DNA of 64,000 bases from Eutreptiella sp. 'Long Island Sound 2002' (Eukaryota; Protista; Euglenida), in the NCBI GenBank assembly GCA_964036045.1, contig OZ038379.1:5828001-5892000 (forward strand), written 5' to 3'. Below the pieces are notes generated by a model. It worked only from the letters and a program-made list of their open reading frames with translations. It was not told the origin of the DNA and made no database searches. Made by a program: the position numbers and the translations under genes. Below are positions 13,136-25,290 of the stretch, piece after piece; position 1 is the stretch's first letter; every line of letters begins with the position of its first letter.

Positions 13136-13983
13136 ATGGCTCCCACATTTGCCGGGAAGCTCTCCTTCAAGGGTCTCACCAAGGCCTCCTCCACTCAGGG
13201 CACGCCACGCAGTGCCCGGGGCTCCCCATTGTCCGCAGGCAGCACGCCCACCACCCCGCTGTCCGTCCACCGCAGCAGCGCCGGCACGCCCTCCCCCGTC
13301 TCCTTCGACGACGCCTCGCCCCGCAGCGGGTCCGCCTCCCCGCTGTCCTCGGCCCCGTCCTCCCCCCTCACCCCGGCCGCCCCGCCCTCCCCGCTCCAGC
13401 CCGCGGCGTCCTCAGTGCCGGTCGCAGCGGGGGACGTCGCGGACCCCTGGGCGGCCGTCAAGGCGGCGTTCCCCAACGACGACGAGCGGCTGCTGCAGGC
13501 GTACTTCGAGGCGCAGGACGGCCACGCGCGCCGCACGATCCAGAACGTCACGCACGCGCGCGCGGCGCGGGAGGCCGTGGGGCCGGTCACGATCCGGGAC
13601 GTGGCCCCGTACCTGCGCTCGCAGGCGTTCTGGGTGTGCCTGGAGGGCGCCAGGAGCGAGAGCGGGTACCCCATTCTGTACTGCAAGGGCATGTTTGGGG
13701 GGTCGAGGACGGACCTCGTGAGGCAGGTGCTGTACGCCATGGACCGCATTTGGGCCAACATGCCGGCGGACCGGCCGCCCAAGATGGTGTGGGTCATGGA
13801 GGTCGTCGCATCGTCGTACCGCATCCCGGACAAGGACTTCCGGACGGCCGTGTTCGACACGCTCAAGTGCCAGTACCCCTGGATGAAGCACTCGGAGGGC
13901 GTGTACTTCCTCGACGCCCCGAACGTGGTCAAGTGGGGGTTTAAGATCATGGGCAACTTCTTCGACAAGGACGAAATGGCCAA
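13136..13983 (+). CDS. Gene 2 exon 1/2: CRAL-TRIO (Sec14-like) + PH domain protein; join(13136..13983,14478..15099), 489 aa
   Basis: S/P-rich N-terminus, then CRAL-TRIO hallmarks (GYPILY, CQYPW...VYFLDAPNVVKWGFKIMGNFFDKDEMAK). Donor AA|GTATGA. Confidence 0.85.
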
Positions 13984-13994
13984 GTATGAGGCAG

Positions 13995-14400
13995 TTGCTG
14001 TCATTGTTATCGTCATTGTCATCGCCGTTGTTGTTGTGGTGGTGGTGGCCGTAGCTCTTGATGTTACTGTTGTTGTGGTTGTTGATTTGTTGTTGTCGTT
14101 GATTTGCTGTTGTTGAGTCACTGTTCTTGAATTGTTGTTATTGATTTGTTGTTGCTGATTTGCTGTTGTTGATATGCTATTGTTGATTTTTTTGTTGTTG
14201 ATTTGTTGTTGATTTGTGATTTGCTGTTGTTGATTTGGTGTTGTTGAGTTTTTGTTGTTGGTGTGCTGTTGTTGGTTTGTTGCCGTTCAGTTGCTGTTGT
14301 TGATTTGTTGTTAATGTGTTGTTTTTCATTGGTTGTCATTGATTGATTGTTGCTGATTTGTGGTTTTCGAGTTGGTGTTGTTGATTTGTTGTTGTCGATC
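13995..14400. repeat. (TTG)n-derived low-complexity tract filling the gene 2 intron
   Basis: TTGTTGTTGATTTG-type iterations. Confidence 0.9.
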
Positions 14401-14477
14401 CGTTTTTAGCGTACGTGCGGTGCCTGCCCGTGCGTGCAGCCTTCGCAATCCACCGCCCGTCCCTGTCGGGACCGCAG

Positions 14478-15099
14478 GTTCCACTTCATCAGCCGCTCGC
14501 AGTGGCAGAAGCAGTCGTTCGGGATCTCCCCCGAGAACCGGCTGCCGGACTGGGGCGGCGGGACCCTCCGCTTCGACATCGAATCGTACATCGCGGAGCG
14601 CGCGCGCGCGGAGGGCGTGGACCCGGAGCTGTGCTCCGCCCAGAACTGCGCCGTCGCGACGGTGGACACTGCGATCGAGCACAAGATCCGCTGCAGCGCC
14701 GCGGAGGCCAAGGAGCTCGCGACGTTCTGCGGGTACCTCTGGAAGCGCGGCAGCGGGGGGCTCCTGGGGAACACGAAGTGGAAGCGCAAGTACTTCGCGG
14801 TGTTCGAGTCGCGGTGCGCCGTGTACTACGACTCGGAGGCGGACGCGCGGCCGGCGCAGTTCCTGGACCTCGTGGGCAGCGACGTCCAGGCGTGGCAGAG
14901 CGACCGGCCCCACTCGTTCCTGCTGCTGACGGCCCGCCGCAAGTTCCATTTGGCGTGCGAGACGCCGGAGGAGCTGGAGACGTGGGTGGGGCGGTTCCAG
15001 CGGTTGGCCACGGACGGCGACCACGTGCGGGAGGCCATGATGCGGTCCGACAGCAACTTGCAACCGCTGAACGTGGAGGCGGAGTGGCAGTTGGTGTGA
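14478..15099 (+). CDS. Gene 2 exon 2/2: end of CRAL-TRIO and canonical PH domain
   Basis: CCGCAG|G acceptor gives MAK-FHFI. PH motifs: CGYLWKRG..KWKRKYFAV and RKFHLACETPEELETWV. Stop TGA at 15097-15099. Confidence 0.88.
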
Positions 15100-16117
15100 G
15101 CCCCCTCCCCCCCCCCCAAAACAAATAAGCGCCGGAACAGTCGCCGAGCAACAACCCGGGCGACCTGCAGTGAACCCGCTGATGAACAATGGCTGGAGGT
15201 GTCTATGGCGGGGGGCGTCCAGCTCAGCCCTGCCGACCATTTGAAGCCCCCCAACCCCCCGTTGAAGAGGGAAGGGTGGTGTTGATGCTGCGCAAGGCCG
15301 GTGAAGTCGAGACTGCGCCCGCTCTTGTCAGGGCTGTGCTTTAGTGTTTGGCCTATGGGACGGGGGTGGGGCGGGGGGGTATGAGGGCAAAGAAAAGGTT
15401 GTGTACTTCAAATGGGCCTCTCATTTTTGATTCTCTGTTCAAAATCTCATTTTTCCCCACAGCAATTTTTTTGGTCGGGGGGGGGGGGTCAGAAGGCATT
15501 CTCCGCCGCTGATGCGCCTTGGGCAGATCACGGGTGTGCTACCGGGCACCCGGGGCACCCGTGCGTTTGTACAAAGGGGACGGGGTGTGGGGACCGCCCA
15601 TCTTTGGAGGCCTCCGCCAGCGGTCTTGCGTGCCGTGCCACACCTTCGCAAGGGCCCCCCCGCCCCGCGTGCAAAAGAATCGTGGCACGCCACCCACAAC
15701 GCGGTTGATGCCTCATCAAACCAGCCAATAAGTATTTTTTGGGAGGCACTGCAGCTCTCTGGATTCACATGCGGCGTGCTTGCACGCAGTCCGTGACACA
15801 ACGCTTGCACGTATGACATCAGTCGCGCAACAATCTCAGTGCATCGCGTGTGGGGAAGCCCTCATATTGTTGTCAGGGTGCTCCTCAACCTGCAACACTT
15901 GCAGTGTATCCATTTGTCCTGAACGCCACACAGGCATTCTGTAAGCACTGCTGGAATGCCGTTGGATTGATCCGCTGTTGGAGCTGTCCCAACGACGTGC
16001 ATTCACAAGAAAGGGTGTGACCCTGAAGCAACGGTATTCCTGTGACACTGCCTGCCCCACCCCTAACACCGGCGTATGCTGCCCCTCTAGGAACACACAC
16101 TGCGCTTTCGAGGTGGG

Positions 16118-16185
16118 TGTCTGGTGGTGGAGTGGTCAGCGTGCTGCTTCCGCGGCCAGGAATGCCGAGTTCGAATCCTGGTGAA
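16118..16185 (+). mobile_element. tRNA-derived SINE-like head
   Basis: A-box-like TGGTGGAGTGG and B-box AGTTCGAATCC at tRNA-like spacing. No intact cloverleaf. Confidence 0.5.
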
Positions 16186-19100
16186 CGAGCACCGGGTGTG
16201 GCAGGGTGAGTGCCCGGCGATCGGCTGGAACCAATTTGTTGTGTGGAACCTGCGCACGCACAGGCACACGACCACTACCGCCACCGCGTTTAGAGGCGGT
16301 ACCCTGGAACCCCGTGTGCCATGCACCATTGCACGGAGTGCCCTCCAACACGTCCCAGTCATGTGATTGGCAGTGAGGCGTTGCCTGAAGTGGCTGCACC
16401 AGGAGCAGGCTACAAACGGTGGATCTGGTGGACCGCCTTGACTCACGCATATTATCACGCATGCAACACTCAGGATGATCGATCTCGGTACCGCGCTGCT
16501 CAAGGAACCCCCTCAAGCGACAAAATTGATTTTGGATGTCGGATTGTGAACGGGGACGGGGAGACAGACTGACACGTTTTGCCCCCCCCCCCCCCCACCC
16601 CCGAGGCCTTGTGCCAACCCCCCCCCCCCCCCGTGAACACCACATCCACGTGCGTCGTCCCATGGCGCCCCATGGCGTCCACGCTACAGCGCAGGGGCGG
16701 CTTGGCCCCCCCTTCCCACAGACGGGCATCGGGCCGAGCCTCCCACGCTTGCTGCATCACTGTACAGTACCTCCTCCATTGTTCGTCCCCCCCTCCTCAT
16801 GCGTTGTGCTGTTTTGACACCCCCCACCCCGTTTGGTTTTGGTCGGCGCGACCCGCCACCGATGGAGACGAAGAAACGGCGGACCGCAACAGCAGTTTGG
16901 TGGGCCTTCATTCAAGGAAAGGGAAGCGAAGGGCAGTGACGTGGCGATCGGCCCATTGGCGCCGCCACCTACAGACAGAGAAACCAACCGTGGCGTCATG
17001 CCAACCCCCTCTTTGCCGATGGATGTGCTCTTGATCGATGCCCAGTCGACCTTCCCCTCCCACGCCCCCCCAGTGGCACAGGGCAGCAGGGCCCGACAGC
17101 CCCCTTGCACAGGTGGTTCACCCTTCCTGGCGCGCGGCCACGGTGTCTCCACCAGCGCTTCGGTGAGGCCCGTCGATAGCCCGCTCTTTGAACCAGTCAG
17201 CCAGGCAGTTCTGCCTCGTGGTCGGGCAGGTAGGGACGCGATGACGCGAGACCCTGCCCCTGCATGAGCCCCCTCCCCCCCCCATATGCATTAGCTGTCG
17301 CTTTGCCATGATAGCTCGTGCAGAGACCCTGGGGGATCTGCTTTTACATATCGGCAGTGTGCCTCCACATACATTCCCGTACTTTACATTCTGCCAAGCT
17401 GCCATGGTATGCCATGGCATACCACGAACCCCCGAACGTTGCAGTGTGAAGCACAATTGCTTCTTCCATCCCACCCTAACCATAACCCCCCCCCTCCCAC
17501 AGTGGTGTGTTCCATCCACTGTCCCTTGCCTGCAACTTACCTTCAGCACCTTTTTTTGTCGTTTCCGGCAACCCCCAGCCCCTGGTCGCCACCGCGATGC
17601 AGCAACCGCAGTTGATGCCCCTCCGATGTGAATGCCGATGCCCATCGTGTTCCGGCGGTGTGCCAACGGCAGGTCTGGGTGGTTGACGGAGGGCGGTAAT
17701 GGTGGCTGGGTGCCCGCTGGCACTGGACCCCGCGCGGATCCACTGCTGGCGCTGGGTACTGTCGGTGGGCGTTTATCACCGGCACTCTTACTTTTGATAT
17801 TGACGACTCACAGTGGAACGAACCGGTTTGGTCTAGAGCTTTCTGCTGCACTGTCTCCGGGTGCACATCTGACCTCAGGCCGGGCACGAGGTGTCTGCTG
17901 GCGTGAGGGTGTTGCTTGGGATCCATCTGTGATTCAGCAGATCCGACGCTGCGTGGCATAGCGTGGACACCCTGCATTCCCTCGTATCGGACTCGGCTCA
18001 TCACCGTCGGTTGTATGATCATCGTAGGACTGGACGGCTCCGGACCTTGATCCCAATAAGTCATCTCGAGCACCCCCCAGTGACCAGGCGACGCCAGCCC
18101 GACATGGTCTGCCCCCAACCCCCCCAAGAAAATAGAGGGGACGCATTGCGGCTTTGGTTGGTCACTGTCAAGGCCCCCTTGCTGCTTCACAGAGCCCAAT
18201 ACTGGCAAGCCACAACAGTGGACTGGGGGCTGAACAGGGATGGAGTTCATTGATGGGGCCATTGGTCCCCATACCAAAAGGAAACCCCCAGGCCCCGGTG
18301 CTGCATATTGGCGGCGTGATTTGCTCCAACAGTTGTCTGCAGGTCCACCAGACAACTCTGAGGGAGCGTTAGCGCGCAGGGCACGCGCAGGGCAAACACT
18401 CCCCCTCTGGTCAGCTCCTTGTGCTGCAGTGCTGCACCACCCCAGTCCCCCATCCCGCCTCTACACTTGTGCCCCCCCCCCCCCCCTGCCTTGCGAAGAC
18501 CACCAGTTGTCAGAACAACAGTCGGTTTTGTTTCCGCAACTTTTGGATTATTACCGTTGTGCTCGCAAGGGAGGGGGGGGGGCGTGCCGTGAGCGTCCGG
18601 ACCATGCTCATAGATATGAGGCAACAGAGGGCACGCTCCAGTGCTTGCACTACGAAGGTCCTAAAATCGCTCCTTGTCTGTTTTTCCATGTCCACACTGC
18701 ATGTCGTCACCACCGCCAGGGCTGTTGTGGCAGTCGGTTGGTCACTTGACGCTACAGGAGAGAACAGTAATCGGTTCATTCTAACCCTCAAGAGTGAAAG
18801 ATGGCAAAAGCTATGAGCCATCAGATGCTTTAACGGTTGAATGTTAACAGCCAACCATTAAACGTTTCACACTTTAATGGTGTGTAAGAATCACCACCGT
18901 CGGTTGGGCATAAACGGGGCACTTGTGCTGGCCCATGGTTGGGCACGTGAATGTGCAATCAAAACCAATGGCAAGTGTCATCACTGTCTTCTGGGCCTCT
19001 TGTGTCCCCACAATTCCGGTGAACTCTGTCACACCCTCAAAATTTGGTTTGGGCCACGCAAAGACTCAGTACACCATTGTAAGCAATTACTGGGATCCAA

Positions 19101-19300
19101 GCCAGTGCCCATGGGAAATGTGTTGTTTTGTGTTGTATCTGCTCCTGTGGTGGTGGTGGTGGGAGGGTTCATTTGTGGTGCATTGTCTTTCCTTCCCTAT
19201 TTGCCAACCCGGCAAGCAAGAGCACTGATCTGTGGTTGCTAATGAGGACACAGCTATCCGCAATTGCCGTTGGTACTGCTTGTGACCACCAACCAACTCA

Positions 19301-20050
19301 GGGGGAACGTTAGCGCGCCGGGCATCTTTTTTGACCCGTGCCCTACCGGTGGACTTTTGCCGTTGACATGTTGGGCAACATTATATGGATTTGCCCCTTG
19401 GCCCCCGGGACATCAGCAGATTTGGGATGGGTATGGACCTTCTCGTACCCGAGGTGATTTCTTTGATTTCGAAGTTGGGGGCCATGATGGTGCTTATAAG
19501 GGCCGGATTCATGTCATTGTGCCATTAATTGGAAGAAAGAATGGCACTTTGACAGCCCGCCAACAATGTTACAATGACGTGCACGGGTGGTATAGGGCAC
19601 ACATTGAGCAGCTGTTTGCTCGGTTGTGGCACGCAAGATGAGGCAGAGGATGAGGCAGAAGTGTGTGTGTTGTGTTGCCATAACGCTCCACCGTTGTAGT
19701 TTGGGATGAGTGTAAGGAGCACGATTGTACTGAATGTATTGACACCCACACTTGTGGGACCAATGTTATGATGCAGCTCTACTGTTCGCGATACCTCAAT
19801 GACGCCTATCGCTTCTACCGGAGATCGATGCGGTTGTGCTATCCTAACCCCCCATTCTCCCAACTTGCTAAGGTGTTGACCAAGACCGCCCTTAAAGGAG
19901 CGAGAGTGGTACTGTGTACCCCAGTTTGCAACTTTCTTGAGCTGGGGCAGTTTGGGTCACCTAATTCTAAGGGCGTTTCCAAGGGGTGTGCTTGGGGGCT
20001 CTTCGGGGGGAACATAGTCTAAAAGTAGCGCGCCGGGCAAACATTCCCCC
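19301..20050 (+). mobile_element. Non-autonomous PIF/Harbinger-like element with transposase remnant and DIRS-type MTase fragment
   Basis: Ends GGGGGAACGTT / AACATTCCCCC, flanked by TCA on both sides (3-bp TSD). Internal DGAYKG..VIVP..LTARQQCYNDVHGWYRAHIEQLFARL resembles the DDE_Tnp_4 C-terminal half. Confidence 0.72.
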
Positions 20051-20498
20051 TCAGTGTGCAGTTACCTAGCAAAAGGTTGTGCATGTTAGATACTCCCCCA
20101 TAGGGGGCGCCCTTGCGCGCGCAGTGCAACTGTTAGGGCCTAGCCGCACTAGAAACCAATACTTTGTGATACTAGGGGCATCATCGTTGCTTGATAACAG
20201 GCTTTTTGATGCTCCCTCCGCATTGGGGATATGGCATATTTGGAAGTTCACCCAATTTCACCTATTTTCACCTACCGGGGTGGGGGAAGGGGCAATTTGT
20301 AATAGGCAAAATTTGGAATGGCGAAATTTCCATGGAATTTAAGAATTTGTGCCAAATTTGTTAGCATGTTGCATTATTCTGCGTGATCCTCATGGAGCGC
20401 ATTGTGTAGCAAGTGCTCTATGTTCTATGCTCTATGGCATGCTGATGTTGTCCCACGGCAGAGAATGTGCAGGACAACCATCTCTCCCATCATGTTAC

Positions 20499-20920
20499 CA
20501 CCCCCCCCCCTTGTCTAAGCTACGGCCGTGTCTAAGCTACAGTAGGCGTAGGGACCGTATTAATTTGGTACCTAATTTTAATTCGGTACCAAATTTAGTG
20601 CAACCACATAAGACATGGGTTCGACGAATTTGCCAGGTACATAGGGTCATGTACACATTTGTTGTGAGTGTTTGCCCACTTGAACCCACATAACTCTGAT
20701 TTTGGGGGTATTTGTGGATTATATTCCCCCTTCTTGCACTAGCTCACCATGCAATCTTCTCTTTTTGAACCCGGACGCCCGGTTATTTTCACACGTTCCA
20801 CGTGTGTGTCGGTAGTTGTATATGTCGCGCGCAAGCTACGGCCGTGTCTAAGCTACAGTAGGCGTAGGGACCGTATTAATTTGGTACTTTGGCGTAGCTT
20901 AGACAAGGGGGGGGCGGGGT
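20499..20920. mobile_element. TIR element with internal direct repeat (TGTCTAAGC family)
   Basis: Ends CCCCCCCTTGTCTAAGCTA / TAGCTTAGACAAGGGGGGG. A ~55-bp segment (AAGCTACGGCCGTGTCTAAGC..TTAATTTGGTAC) is repeated directly near both ends. Confidence 0.7.
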
Positions 20921-23064
20921 ACAAGCTCATGCTTGGGTACACCAGGTTACGTGTTATTTGCAATAACATGCGGTGCAACGGCCATCACTGGTAAGAGGGA
21001 GTTGTAGTACCGTTGAAGCTCCTATTTTTCAGCATCTTGTAGCTTGTTAAGTTCCGCAACCTCAAGCCATAGGCCACCTGCCTCACAACATGCAATGATT
21101 TCTTGTTCCCAAGTCTCTGGTCACATCCGACCAAATACAGACTGACCTGCATGCTGCTGTACAAGGGCAGAAATAAGGTCGAAAAAAAGAAAAATAGGAC
21201 CTCAACTGCAGCCTTGGTTGAAGTGGGGAGACGATGAGCATGCTGAGGCAGTGAACATTTACCTCAAAGGGGGCATGAAAAGCATCAAGCTACATTGTGG
21301 GACCCTAGGATGTATGGCAAGCATGGTGATGTATCCATGTTGTTTTCTACCCATCATGGGGAGCCCGGGCAGGCATGGTTGATGCCTGACCTCACGATCA
21401 TGATCAAGGCCGATTGACAGTCCAGCATCCTCTCTAAGTGTTGTATTAGGTCCAAGTACTATAATCGAAGGTGACCTCACGGGCTTGATCAATGCCAAGG
21501 ATCCTTCGTGCTAGCCAAGACGCAACATGCCGTCATCCCCAGACAGTCGGCAGCGGGGCTATGCTCGACGGCCATCCGACCCGGCACCCTCGGGTCCATC
21601 CTCATACCCCTATTCGTGGAAGATGGACCACCTCCCGCCCCCACTGAAGGACGTCTCCAAGGGTTTGCAATGGGACCTGCTCCTGAGGCAGGGGTGATGT
21701 GAGGGTGTTTGGAAGGGGTTTGCTTGGGGGCTCTTCAGGGGGAACATGGTCTAAAAAGTGGCGCGCAGTGCGCACGTAGTGCAAGGGCACCCCCGAGCTC
21801 CACGGGTGTTGGCTGTGGTGCGATCACATCGTATTGGTGACACACTAACATGGTCAGTGCCTGCCGTGCCCGCTTTTGAGCCTTTACGCTGGCGGTGTTG
21901 ATTGGGAGCTGGGCGGGAACTGGAACTTGGAAATTTTATCATCCGGCTTTGGGCTGTCACTTGTGGGGCCCCACAGTTCACTAACCACCAGACTGATAGT
22001 GGTCCCTCTTATTGATCATAACCTATGTGTAGCAACCACAAACCCTTCTGTTGGGCCCATGTCAAAATTTGAGCTGTGGTCTTCAGAATTTGTAGCCACT
22101 TGCCTGCTGGGCCGACACTGCATGCCCCTCTTCTGAACTTCACCAACATGTGGTCCAGGAGCCTCCAAGATATTATGGTAACCATCCAGAAGGAAACATC
22201 AATTGTTCTCCACAAGCCTGGAGGAACTGTGTGAATTCCTCTCCTAGCGCTTTAGATAGTAAGGGTTGGATGGCTCACCTTTTTTCAAAACCCAGGGGGT
22301 GCCCCACCATCAGCCCCCCAGAACACTGCAGACCAACATGAATCAATGGCCATAAGGCATTGGATATGCTGCTGAATAGGGGCACAGTCGAGGGCCCGTC
22401 TAGTGAACTCCAGTGCTCCAGTTGATTGACGTTTGGCCTTTGTGCTAGCATGGCCTTGACTGGCCCACTGACCAGCATTGTTCGAACCGCAATTTTTTTT
22501 TTAGGTCAAGGACAAAGATGGGGACAGATGGCTGGGTTATCCCATTGAAGAGGTGTTTCTGCGCATAACAGTGTTCTGCTTGAGACTGCAAACCTACTCC
22601 CGTTTGTTGTGATCTGATTTCCAGCGAACACTGTGATGCGGCCTAGCCCCCCCCCCCCCCAGGAATCGCCTGCCTGTGGGTGGTCACTACGCACGGCCTT
22701 GCCCAAGCACAGGATCCCTGTCTAACCATCGTATTCCCGGCATGACCTCATGCTCTGTGCGCAGCTCCTCGTGTTGCTGCCAGGGTGATTGCTGCACGAG
22801 AGTGAACCAGTAGGTCACGCAAAAGACACGGCACTGGACGCTGGCTGTACATCATGGAAAGCATCCAGCATTCCTGGGACGACACTCCATGTACACACCA
22901 ATGCATGCGGTGCGCTTCAGCACTTGCACCTGTTGCTCATGCACAAGCCGTTTGCACATGTGTTGTCATCTACACCAACATCTGCTCATGGGCATAAGAC
23001 ACAATGCGCATTGCCTTGTCAAACCAACAAACGAAAGTGTGAGTATCCACGCCCTACCCTTACC

Positions 23065-23590
23065 CAGGGCTCAGAAGTACCCAGTTTGGGTACGTTTAGC
23101 GGAACACTATCCGGGAAATGGGCCAAAGTAGGAAAAATGGGGGAAAATGGGGGTAAATGAGGGAAATTCAGATTGCTTGGTGGAAAAATGGGAAATTTAG
23201 GGGCTGAAAAGGCCAAAAATCAAGGCTTAGGTTGGCAACAAGGCTGTGGGGGGGGCGCATTGGTGAAAGCCCCCAAGGAAAAATGGGGGAAAATGGGGAA
23301 AGCTCCTGAGGAAAAATGGGGAAAAATGGGGGAAAATGGGGGAAAATGGGGAGGAAATGGGGAGGAAATGGGGGGAAAGGGGACCAGTTGCACCACCCAA
23401 GTTTCCTTATTTTCCCCCATTTTTCCCCATTTCCCCCCCATTTTTCCCCATTTTTCCCCATTTTCCCCCATTTTCCCCCATTTTCCCCCATTTTTCCCCA
23501 TTTTCCCCCATTTTTCCTTGCCATGGGTACATTGTGGGTACGTTTGTGGGTACAGTACCCGCCACCGGAGCCGGGTACTTCTGAGCCCTG
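23065..23590. mobile_element. Foldback MITE, hAT-like CAGGG ends, internal inverted GGGGAAAATG satellite
   Basis: Perfect 18-bp TIR CAGGGCTCAGAAGTACCC / GGGTACTTCTGAGCCCTG, with CTTACC directly outside both ends. Confidence 0.8.
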
Positions 23591-24320
23591 CTTACCTACT
23601 CGAAAATACAGCGACTTGCTGTTCTCCTCCACACTCTTCCACATCTTTGCCGATCATCAATCAACCACCAATCCTGCAACCCTCATGCAAACAAAATCCG
23701 GTGACATGCATTGCACCACATGTCACACTCAACAACGCAAGTCTTTGAGCCCTGTCAAGCAAGTGTGGCATGAAAAAAAAGCCTCCAATTCAGGGTGCCA
23801 ACACGTGCCATTGTCCCATCATTTCGTGCATACGGATTTCCCCCGTGCTTGCACACAGGCTTACACTAGAACAGCCGACAACCATAGAAGGACCCCCCCC
23901 CTCCCCCAAACCAAAGTGACCACAGTGGGAAAAAACGAGACTTCCAATAGCGAAAATCTGTGATGTCTGCTACCACACATTCTGTGGGCCAATTGTGGCA
24001 CTGGACAGCTCTGATCCTTGATTCCGAGAGATTTCTCGAGTGCCTTCTGATGAGCAAGCTCCGGCAGCTTATCGTGGCTTGACCCCCCCCCCCCAAAAAA
24101 AATTTGCGATGGGGAAAATCTGATTGGGCCATTTTTGGTACACACACTTTTGGGTCCCAGACCCCCTCCCCCCTTTCCTCTCTTCTAATCTTAGCCCATG
24201 TGCGCAGCACAAGGGAGGGGCAGGGGTGCACGGCCCCTCTTGCCATGCGTCGCACGTGCCGATCCCATACACCCACTGCCATGTCTCCAGCATGAACAAA
24301 GGCCTGGCACGCAAGCCGGC

Positions 24321-24863
24321 ATGCGGGTGCTGCTCTGCCGCAAGGATGACACGGAGGTGGTGGCGTGCCTGTCCGCCCACGCCGTGTGTCTGGGCATAGT
24401 CCTGTACACGCTCCTGTGCTGCTTCGTCGTGGGGCCCTGGCTGCACCCGCTCTCCTGCGGCTTCCGGGAGCACGCCCCCTCGTTCCTCAGCCCCAAGGCG
24501 CTGCACGCGCTGACCCCCCCGAAGGCCGGGGAGGACGGACCCCAGTGCCCGGCCCCTGCTCCGGCCGACGCTGCGGCAGCCCGACCGCCGGCCACGGCGC
24601 CCCCCGCGCAGCCCCGCTCCCCAGCAGCCCCCGGCCCGCCGCAGGACGCCTGCAAGTTCTTGCCGTTCCCGACGCTGATCCAGGACCACTGCATTCCCCT
24701 CGAGCCCATCGACCCCACGTATCCCAAGGGGCCCACCCGGTGGGACGCCTGGCGCGCCCGCGCCGACCGCGTCCCGCGCCTCGGCAACTATGTCAACCTC
24801 TCGGCGTACCCCCGGCGCTTCTACATCGATCTCGGCGCCAACGAGTACAACACGTCGGTACAG
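24321..24863 (+). CDS. Gene 3 exon 1/3: type II membrane FkbM-family SAM methyltransferase; join(24321..24863,27688..27957,32007..32252), 352 aa
   Basis: N-terminal TM (VCLGIVLYTLLCCFVVGPWL), Pro/Ala stem and motif I FYIDLGAN. Donor CAG|GTGTGG. The start codon is less certain. Confidence 0.78.
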
Positions 24864-24913
24864 GTGTGGCCCTGGTGATGGTGGTCCTTCACAGGACCGT
24901 TGCTGAGGGCTAT

Positions 24914-25290
24914 GGGGAGTACGTTAGCGCGCCGGGCACGCGCCGAGCAACGTTTTCCCACGCTTTGGTGTGGCCCCTCGAGTTGGGGTTGAGGATTCCC
25001 ACTCTTCAGTGTGGCCACTTGTGTGGTCCGTCACGCACAAGAAGGGGATTCTTTGATGTTGAGCTGGGTGGCCATGATGGGGCCTACAAGGGCAGGGTGC
25101 ATGTGATTGTCCCATTTGTTGGGCGAAAAATGGGAATTGATTTGATTGCCAACAGTCATACAATGTGCTTGTGCTTAGGGTTCCTGGGCTAGAGGAGGGA
25201 GTGGGTTTGGGGGTAAAGCATTGTGATAGATGGCCGGAACATTCATTTGGATGCTGGGCACGCCAGGCGCGTGCCGGGCAAACGTGCCCT
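24914..25290 (+). mobile_element. PIF/Harbinger-like derivative in gene 3 intron 1
   Basis: ACGTTAGCGCGCCGGGCA left end and GCCGGGCAAACGTGCCC right end. Encodes GPSRTRRGFFDVELGGHDGAYKGRVHVIVP, homologous to the 19430-19520 copy. Confidence 0.65.

Noticed and set aside
13984-14116. Hydrophobic V/I-rich C-terminus of ORF 13079..14116, resembling a TM anchor
   Set aside because: It is read-through into the TTG-rich intron. Splicing at 13984 restores the CRAL-TRIO sequence MAK-FHFI.
16118-16185. Possible tRNA gene
   Set aside because: No acceptor stem or anticodon arm can be folded, so it is treated as a SINE-like head.
21000-21140. Minus-strand peptide LGNKKSLHVVRQVAYGLR, loosely like an ISL3/MULE transposase C-terminus
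   Set aside because: Too short and degenerate to support.
23173-23963. ORFs with GKWGKMGEN / FPPFSPIF repeats
   Set aside because: These are translations of the GGGGAAAATG satellite inside a MITE.
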